Assembly (NCBI GenBank): GCA_043228905.1
Contig: JBHGNT010000807.1
Location: 1 to 15,247, forward strand
Source: Azolla caroliniana
Lineage: Eukaryota > Plantae > Polypodiophyta
DNA: 15,247 bases
Reading direction: 5' to 3'
Shown: piece by piece, positions 9,050 to 15,247 of the stretch
Position numbering within the stretch: the stretch's first letter is position 1
Layout of the letters: every line of letters starts with the position of its first letter
Position numbers and translations under genes: made by a program
The notes under the pieces: generated by a model
Databases searched by the model: none
What the model was told of the DNA's origin: nothing
The model's input: only the letters and a program-made list of their open reading frames with translations

Positions 9050-9414
9050 TGTTGAGAGACAAGCTCAACATCGGCCGGATCGGCTGAAGAAGCTGAGGAC
9101 CGGATCGGTGCGGAAACCGGGAGGCCGTTAGGAAAGATATTCCGTGAGGAATATATTTGGGAGTTAGTGTAGGAGCTCTCAATGAGCATTGAAGTACTGT
9201 CAGTACTTTAGTCAGTCCTTCTAGGACTTGTATAAAAGTGTTCACTGAGCGAGTCTTATGTACAGATCGAGTATTATTGTTGAATATAGTTCTTGTGATT
9301 TCACTCTCTCTGTCTCTCCCGTGTATACTGTGTAAGCTCAAGTTCTCCATTAAACCTAAGTTTTTCTTCCTTCAGTTCGGTCTTCATACTTGCTTCCGCA
9401 CGCTACTTTCTACA
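9050..9414 (+). repeat. 3' LTR of element B (365 bp)
   Basis: Direct repeat of 4090-4524, followed by TSD GAAAG 9415-9419. Confidence 0.97.
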
Positions 9415-9419
9415 GAAAG

Positions 9420-10081
9420 AGAGATAGAAATTTCGTGAATCCCACGAGTGTATTTTTTTCGATTAATCAATATTTAGATAAGAAGATGTAGTTAGATTGA
9501 AAGAAAGATATAAGAAACTTGTGAATCCCACAAGTATAGATTATATTATTTTCGTGAATCCCACGATTATATTAATTGGTTGGTGTTTTCGGAAATATAT
9601 CCAATATCCAAGTATTTCACACACCTATTACATTGTGCTCTCCATCCTTATGTAGTGATGAGGGAGTCTTAGGAATCCATGCTTTTTTTTCTCTAACTAT
9701 AGACTCCATGCTTTTCCTATAGACTATATGCTTTATCTAAAGTGATTATGCTTTTTCTAACTTGTGCGTCTTTTATCAACTATAGCGTTCATGCACGCTA
9801 GATGTGCATGCATAGCTTTTTCTTTTAGCATGCGTTTTTCTTTTAACTAAAGTTTATCCTACGTGAACTTACCTTTTTTATGTAAAAAAGGACATCTACT
9901 TTTTAACATGAATAAAATGCTAGTATAATGGTAAGACATTACATTATTAACATGGAGGTGTAAGGTTCGAATCTTGCCGTATGCATGTTATATATATTTT
10001 AATATTTTCTACTATTTATTCATATTTATTAAATCGGCACTTTATAAGTTTTTCACGTAGTGTACGAAATACACTACGACA
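9420..10081 (-). mobile_element. LTR family A copy A2, right segment; 3' LTR of a minus-strand element
   Basis: Resumes colinearity with A1 position 84 directly after the TSD and ends ...CACTACGACA at 10081. A minus-strand PPT is adjacent. Confidence 0.9.
9914..9984 (+). promoter_or_regulatory. tRNA-derived Pol III promoter-like cassette (A box + B box) inside LTR A2
   Basis: A box TAGTATAATGG 9921-9931 and B box GGTTCGAATCT 9964-9974, with the same 43-nt offset as in A1. TTTT at 9997-10000. Confidence 0.7.
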
Positions 10082-10093
10082 CTCGCCCCCTCC
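10082..10093 (-). promoter_or_regulatory. Polypurine tract of element A2
   Basis: The minus strand reads GGAGGGGGCGAG immediately followed by TGTCGTAGTG (LTR start). Confidence 0.85.
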
Positions 10094-10582
10094 GAACCCG
10101 CACATCCTCCGGTATGTGCCGAAGTTGTCGGTGATTGTTAGTCTCGTCCGTCCGTTTTCCGCATGGTTGGTTTCGTCGCCGGTCATTTTTGGTTGCCGGC
10201 CCCGTTCGGTCTCCGGTTTTTGGTTGCCGACTTCGCCCGGTTTCCGGTTCAGTTCGGTTGCCGGCTCTGTCCAGTCTCCGATTACTAGCCCTTGTAATTC
10301 TTCGTTACTTGTTGTACCCTTTGTTTCTCTCGTTATGTCAGCTTTGTCTCTCCATTTTGAGCACGTCCATTCTTTCCACCCGAACCATTGTTGCCATCCG
10401 ATCCACCATAGTCTTCATTCATTCTTTGCATTGCCATGAGTGGTTGTCATGGTCCCTTGTGGTACTCTTGAGCATCTCAGCGTGTTGTCTCTCTCCACTC
10501 CGTGCTTGTCTTCTGTAGGTTCTACCCACGCGTCGATGTCGACCTCCGAATACGCGCTCGCTGTTAGGTCCTTGTGCGGTTT

Positions 10583-11427
10583 TCATGCATGCTTTATTTC
10601 TCGTTGTTGCACATGTGTCGTATTCCATCGTAGTGCATGCGTCGTATTACCCCGTAGTGCATGCTTCTTTTTGCACCATAGCGCGTGCTTCTTTTTGCAC
10701 CGTAGCGTGTGCTTCTTTTTACGCCATAGCGTGTGCTTCTTTTGGTGCCGTAGCGCGTGCTCCGTATTACATGCTTCTCCCATCATAGACCCGACCTTCG
10801 CATTGTTGTGCTTTTGTTTACATCGGAATTTCAGATGGATCATCTTCCATCCGAACCAGCTTCCGACTTTACCTTCCTTGTTGCCACCTCCCGTCTCTCC
10901 GGTCTCACGTTGGTTCTTGGACACAACCGCTGAAGTCTCTAGAATTAGTGGGTAGGAATCCTCGGTATTATCACCCTCCGTTGTTTCACCCATAGCCATA
11001 TTCTCGGCTATCTCTCCGTCGTACGCATCGGCTTCGACCTTTGTTTTCTCTCCGCCACCTTCTGTCTCTTCGGTCTCACGTTGCCTTTCGAACGCAACCG
11101 CCGGAGTCTCTGGAATCAGTGGTGGGGATGTCTCGATATGGCCATCCACCATTGATTCGTCCATAGCCACCTTCGATTCGATGTCATCTTTCGTGGCGAC
11201 CTCCTCAATGAAGTCGTCCTTGCTCTCTTTCACTGCATCAATTATGCAAACATCAATTATGCTTACCCCTTTTTCACCCGATGTTTCAGATACTTGCATT
11301 CCGAAATCTTCTTCCACACTTGGGTTATCGGCCTTATCCTTAGCCGTAGTTCTTTCGCAAGACAAGAGGGTAGCTTGTTGTACACCCTCTTCCGTCACAC
11401 CATCATGTTGTATTTCGGCCTTCAGTA
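10583..11427 (-). CDS. 5'-truncated ORF of unknown function (acidic, low complexity, internal repeats) in element A2; possibly pseudogenised
   Basis: The 271-aa ORF 10583-11398 stays open up to the junction (LKAEIQHDG-VTEEG). It is E/D/T-rich, with a 57-aa-period duplication and 8-aa repeats. I recognise no domain. Confidence 0.55.
10605..10772. repeat. 24-bp tandem repeat, about 7 degenerate units
   Basis: Units start at 10605, 10629, 10653, 10677, 10701, 10725 and 10749. Approximate consensus CRTAGYGYRTGCTTCTTTTTGCAC. Confidence 0.92.
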
Positions 11428-14400
11428 ACTGAAGCCCAACGCCAACATCATCAGGACAATGGACTCTGTCTCTATTGTGGCAACCCCGGCCATGTCATCC
11501 GCGCCTGCCTGGTGCGGGGCCTGCTGCACCAATTCCATCGTGCACATCTTGTGGAGGTTCCTCAACAACAAGAAAACGACCAAGTCCGGTTGCAGTAGGA
11601 GCCATGCCGTTGGACACTTCTTGTTATGCATCTTCTCTATGCTCCTACAAGCCCGTTCTGCCATTAGGAGGGTTCTCTTTGCAAGTAATTCTTTGTTTTG
11701 GTTCAACTTCAATACATTATCATGCCTTGCTCGATTTCGGAGCATTTACTTGCTTTATCGATAAATCGTTTGTTCGCGCACATAATATCCCCACTATCCG
11801 CACATCACAACCCATATTCGTTGAGGCGATTGACAATCGGGTTCTCTCTTCGGGGGCAGTTCCCGAAGCCACTATCCCATTGGTACTTCAAGTCCGGGCG
11901 CATCAGGAGGAACTCACGTTCTACCTCATCGCAACCCCCCGACATCCGAGTGTGTTGGGGCTATCTTGGTTGGAGACACACAATCCAACGGTGGATTGGT
12001 GTAACCGCTCCATCACTTTTCCAGTAACGCCAATTCCTTCTAGGTCACGACACTCTTTTGATTCCGTTGCGGTCGAGACCGGTTTGGTCGCTACACGGGC
12101 CATTGTGTCAGGGGATGTCACCGTTCCTGTCAACAATTTACCCATCCGATATAACGACTTTTCTGACATCTTCGAAAAGCGGGATGTTGATCGGTTACCG
12201 GCTCATCGCGCCTACGATTGCCCAATCGAACTCCAAGTTGGCGAGCATCCCCCATTTGGTCCTATCTATGGGTTATCTGAACCCAAACTTGAGGCTCTCC
12301 ACATATATCTGGCTAAGATCTCACGAAGGGCTTCATTCAACCCTCCAAATCACCGACCGGGGCACCAATCTTATTTGTCAAAAAGAAGGATGGCTCCTTA
12401 CGCTTATGTGTAGATTATCGGGGCCTCAACAAAGTTACGGTGCATAATCGTTACCCCTTGTGCTTATTTCCAACGCTCCTCGATCGACTCTGAACTGGGC
12501 ATATTTTCTCCAAAATCGACCTTCGGGGCACATACAATTTGGTGCGCATCAAGCCTGGGGACAAGTGGAAAACTGCTTTTCAGACGCACTATGGACATTT
12601 CGAGTACAAAGTGATGCCATTCGACCTTACCAACACTCCGGCCGTCTTCCAACACATGATGAATGATATTTTTCGAGAGTATCTTGATCATTTCATGGTC
12701 ATCTACCTTGACAACATCCTAGTTTTTTCTTCCAACTAGGAGGGGCACACACACCACGTCCAGCTGGTTCTCACCAAACTTCGGGAATATGGGCTGTTCG
12801 CCAAAAATGAGAAATGTGAATTCGATCAAACCTCTATTGAATTCCTGAGTTACATGATCTCACCTACCGGGATGACAATGGATGAACGGAAGGTGGCGGC
12901 AACCACTGATTGGCCTCTCCCGACTCGGCTGAAAGAGGTACAATCGTTTCTTGGTTTTGCAAATTTTTATAGAGGACTTATAAACGAGTTCTCTTCCCTA
13001 GTCCAACCTCTCATCCACCTTACCCGGAAAGATACTCCATTTCATTGGACCCCCGCGGCACACAATGCTTTTAATGCCCTCAAAGCAGCTTTTCTCGCCG
13101 CCCTCGTGTTAGTCCACCACGACCCCACCTGCCCTTTCCAAGTTGAAACCAATGCCTCTGACTTTGCCATAGGTGTGGTCTTGTCTCAGCCCGACGATGA
13201 TGGCACCCTGCATCCGGTCGCCTTTTACTCTCGGATGTTTATAGCCTTGGAAATCAATTATTCGGTCTATAATAAGGAGCTTGTAGCTATCATCTCGTCC
13301 TTTGCCGAATGGCGACCCTATCTGGTTGGGGCCCAACATCGTCTTCAGGTGCTGACTGACCACATGAATCTCATCTACTTCACCACCATTCATATGTTGA
13401 ATCAGAGGCAGGCTTGTTGGTCATCTTTTCTCACCGACTATGACTTCGAAATCTTTTTTCAACCCGGCGTTCAACATGGGAAAGTAGATACTCTCTCTCG
13501 GCAACCCGACTTTGCACTACGCCCAGGTGACGAGGCATATTCTCAGCAATTGCATTGTTTATTGTGTCCCAATCAACTCCAAATGTTAGCAACCTATATG
13601 TTGCAGGATGATTCCTTGCTCAACGAGATCGCCCAAGCAACTGCATCGGTCCCTTTCGCTAGTGACATCATGGTGTGCCTCAACAACCCATCCCAGTAAA
13701 TGCAAAGCTCAGATCTCAGTCACTTTACAAATCAATATGGGCTACTCTATCGTAATCACCTCCTTTACGTACCAACTGGCACATGTCACCCGATTACATG
13801 ATGTCACTTCTAATCAAGGTCCTCAATTTATCTCCCACTTTTGGCACCGAATTCTATAGACATTCGGGACTTTTGAGAACTTGTCAACCGTGCACCACCC
13901 TCAAACTGATGGTCAAACCGAAAGTGTCAACCAAATCCTCGAATAATACCTCCGGTGTACAGTCAACTACCAACAAGAAGATTGGGTGGACTTGCCATGG
14001 TGGAACTTCCCTACAATAATAGTATCCATGCCTCAACTATTGTTTCCCCATTCTTTGCAAACTATGGTTTCCACCCTTGTTTCAGCATTTCCATTCTACA
14101 GATTTCAGTCAATCCATCGGCCGAGAGGCGTGCCCACACCTTACAAGATGTCCATCGTGACCTCTACCTCGAGCTCCGTGCCGCTGGAAAATAGTATAAA
14201 GCTCACACAGATCGACATTGCTTAGTCACATCGACCTTCATAGTCAGTGACATGGTTTGGCTGTTATGTCGCGACATCGCAACCACCAGTCCCTACGCGA
14301 AGCTTGACTACAAAAAGCTAGACCCCTTCTGTATACTTGAGTGCGTTAACCTAGTCGCCTTCCAATTAGCACTTCCTCACACATTTCAGCTTCATAATGT

Positions 14401-14670
14401 TTTCCACGTCTCTCTCCTCGAACTCTACCATCCTTCTCACATTCCAGGACGACAACCTCCTCCTCCACCGCTCGTGGAATTATCGACAAGTGAGGAGTAC
14501 GAGGGTTTTGACCTGATCGTCAACTCCCGCTTGTGTCGACGAAGACTTCAAAATAGTTGGTCTTATGGAAAGGTTACCCTCTTTCAGATGCCACATGAGA
14601 ACCAATTACACATTTACAACATGCGTCAGAGGCAATTCGCGCTTTTCATCAACGATACCCTCATAAACTG
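11428..14670 (+). pseudogene. Degenerate gypsy gag-pol of element D
   Basis: TEAQRQHHQDNGLCLYCGNPGHVIRAC (CCHC knuckle) from 11428. Protease ALLDFGA ~11724 and [72 protein letters not shown]. RNase H VETNASDFAIGVVLSQ, NYSVYNKEL. Partial integrase SNQGPQFISHFW, HPQTDGQTE, SPFFANYGFHP, HNVFHVSLLE. Many frameshifts and stops. Confidence 0.92.
14492..14670 (+). other. Chromodomain remnant at the integrase C-terminus of element D
   Basis: EEYE...IVNSRLCRRRLQ, then after a frameshift VLWKGYPLSDAT*EPITHLQHASEAIRAFHQRYP. This matches the EY-V--I...YLV-WKGY...TWEP chromodomain pattern. Confidence 0.85.
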
Positions 14671-14695
14671 GTCGTGGATGTTAGGAGGCGGCCTT

Positions 14696-14708
14696 AGAGG
14701 AAGGATAA
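14696..14708 (+). promoter_or_regulatory. Polypurine tract of element D
   Basis: AGAGGAAGGATAA directly before TGTCATAGAC. Confidence 0.8.
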
Positions 14709-15105
14709 TGTCATAGACATGCCACGGAGGAAGGTAGGGATTGAACCCAAGACCTCATGGTCTCTATTGGGAAGCCCTACCAATTGAGCTACATATGCAT
14801 CCTTGCACCAAATCCAACTTCGTGTAGTGTAGATTGAACACTGCAAGTTCCTATCTTGCATGCATCCTCATTTCTAGCTTGCACACATTCTCATGCATTC
14901 TCTATTGCATGCATCCTCATGCATCCTCTATTTTCTAGTTGTCTTATATAACCCTACCTTCTTGTATAAATATTCAGGTGCACCTTCATTTTAATCAAGG
15001 TGAAAAACACCAGTTATGGATTCTATAAGTTAAGTTCTTGTTCTTTTCCTCTCTCTTGTTTTCTAGTCTTGTCTTCGCTCTGCTCTATTATACTTGTCCG
15101 TGACA
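14709..15105 (+). repeat. 3' LTR of element D (397 bp)
   Basis: Begins TGTCATAGAC after the PPT and ends GTCCGTGACA (8/10 terminal inverted repeat). TATA-like TATAAATA ~14964 and a pyrimidine-rich 3' part. There is no second copy in the window to confirm the boundaries. Confidence 0.8.
14727..14798 (-). promoter_or_regulatory. tRNA-derived Pol III promoter-like cassette inside LTR D
   Basis: The minus strand reads TAGCTCAATTGGTAGGGC-T-TCCCA-ATAGAGA-CCATG-AGGTC-TTGGG-TTCAATC-CCTAC. A box 14791-14780, B box GGTTCAATCCC 14747-14737. The D stem GCTC/GGGC pairs and the T stem pairs at 4 of 5 positions. Anticodon and acceptor stems do not pair. Confidence 0.8.
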
Positions 15106-15247
15106 ATTATCCCATAAGTTTTGGGCTCAAGGAAATCGTTGTTTACCTTCCATCATATTGGGGTGCGTAATCATTTTCATATCTATCCCTCTCGTCTCTT
15201 GTATAGTCGTCCTCCCAATATGGGTCCTCTTCCAACGAGGGTCGCTT
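15106..15247 (-). other. Flank of element D; coding-like acidic sequence, probably another TE (possibly the continuation of element A2)
   Basis: The minus strand translates KRPSLEEDPYWEDDYTRDERDRYENDYAPQYDGR*. It is on the same strand as the A2 ORF and similarly acidic, but too short to identify. Confidence 0.3.

Larger units (their letters stand above)
4597..9055 (+). pseudogene. Degenerate copia gag-pol polyprotein of element B, with C-terminal extension
   Basis: Gag MDRGMAILLPTKKLDRTNYAFWSYKM from 4597. Zinc knuckle CWYCGKKGHRESEC 5383-5424. Protease WYVDSGASNHMT ~5608-5643. Integrase LIHSDVLGP...YFVSFIND...NGVAERKNR ~5870-6480. RT WVYKVKY, QMDVKNAFLQG, LYVDDLVITG ~7010-7990. RNase [10 protein letters not shown]...[16 protein letters not shown]...[13 protein letters not shown]...ADIFTKPL ~8040-8490. 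Contains several stops, frameshifts and two internal deletions. Confidence 0.93.
4090..9414 (+). mobile_element. Ty1/copia LTR retrotransposon B, structurally complete (2 LTRs, PBS, PPT, TSD) but coding-defective
   Basis: TG...CA LTRs at 4090-4524 and 9050-9414, PBS 4525-4535, PPT 9041-9049, TSD GAAAG, and gag-PR-IN-RT-RNaseH order. Confidence 0.97.
10082..11427 (-). mobile_element. 3' internal region of the family A LTR element (superfamily not determinable here; possibly Ty3/gypsy), truncated at about 11427
   Basis: Lies next to the PPT and LTR and carries a same-strand ORF. No RT or IN motifs are present. It ends abruptly where plus-strand gypsy gag homology begins. Confidence 0.7.
11428..15105 (+). 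mobile_element. Ty3/gypsy chromovirus D (Tcn1-like), 5'-truncated, with 3' LTR
   Basis: Order is gag zinc knuckle-PR-RT-RNaseH-IN-chromodomain-PPT-LTR. The 5' LTR, PBS and most of gag are absent. Confidence 0.9.

Noticed and set aside
1-10081. A single copia element made of LTR A1, internal region 757-3974 and LTR A2
   Set aside because: There is no PBS after 756 and no PPT before 3975. The LTRs cut into gag and RT coding sequence, their PPT is on the opposite strand at 10082-10093, and their U3 halves are highly diverged.
10605-10772. 24-bp repeats as a CRISPR array
   Set aside because: The units are head-to-tail with no unique spacers; this is a coding minisatellite.
10440-10955. Cys-rich plus-strand ORF (HRSACFFL repeats)
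   Set aside because: It is the reverse-strand reading of the 24-bp array; the minus-strand ORF matches the element's orientation and is longer.

Overview
The whole window is a nest of decayed plant-type LTR retrotransposons, with no host gene. The mix of a Tcn1-like chromovirus and iMet-primed copia suggests a moss such as Physcomitrium; this is inference only. From left to right: (A1) an AT-rich LTR on the minus strand, 1-756. (C) A Tnt1/Tork-like copia gag-pol remnant, 757-3974, cut inside RT. (A2) A second LTR of the A1 family, 3975-4089 plus 9420-10081, which is the 3' LTR of a minus-strand element whose PPT and 3' internal region with an unknown acidic/repeat ORF run to about 11427. (B) A structurally complete but mutated copia element, 4090-9414, inserted in the A2 LTR with a GAAAG TSD. 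(D) A 5'-truncated Ty3/gypsy chromovirus, 11428-15105. The most notable signal is that LTRs A1, A2 and D each carry a tRNA-derived Pol III A-box/B-box cassette at tRNA spacing, antisense to the element, near the LTR 5' end. Between A1 and A2 the boxes are conserved while the surrounding DNA has diverged. Element B also has a duplicated PPT and an in-frame extension of about 180 codons after RNase H.
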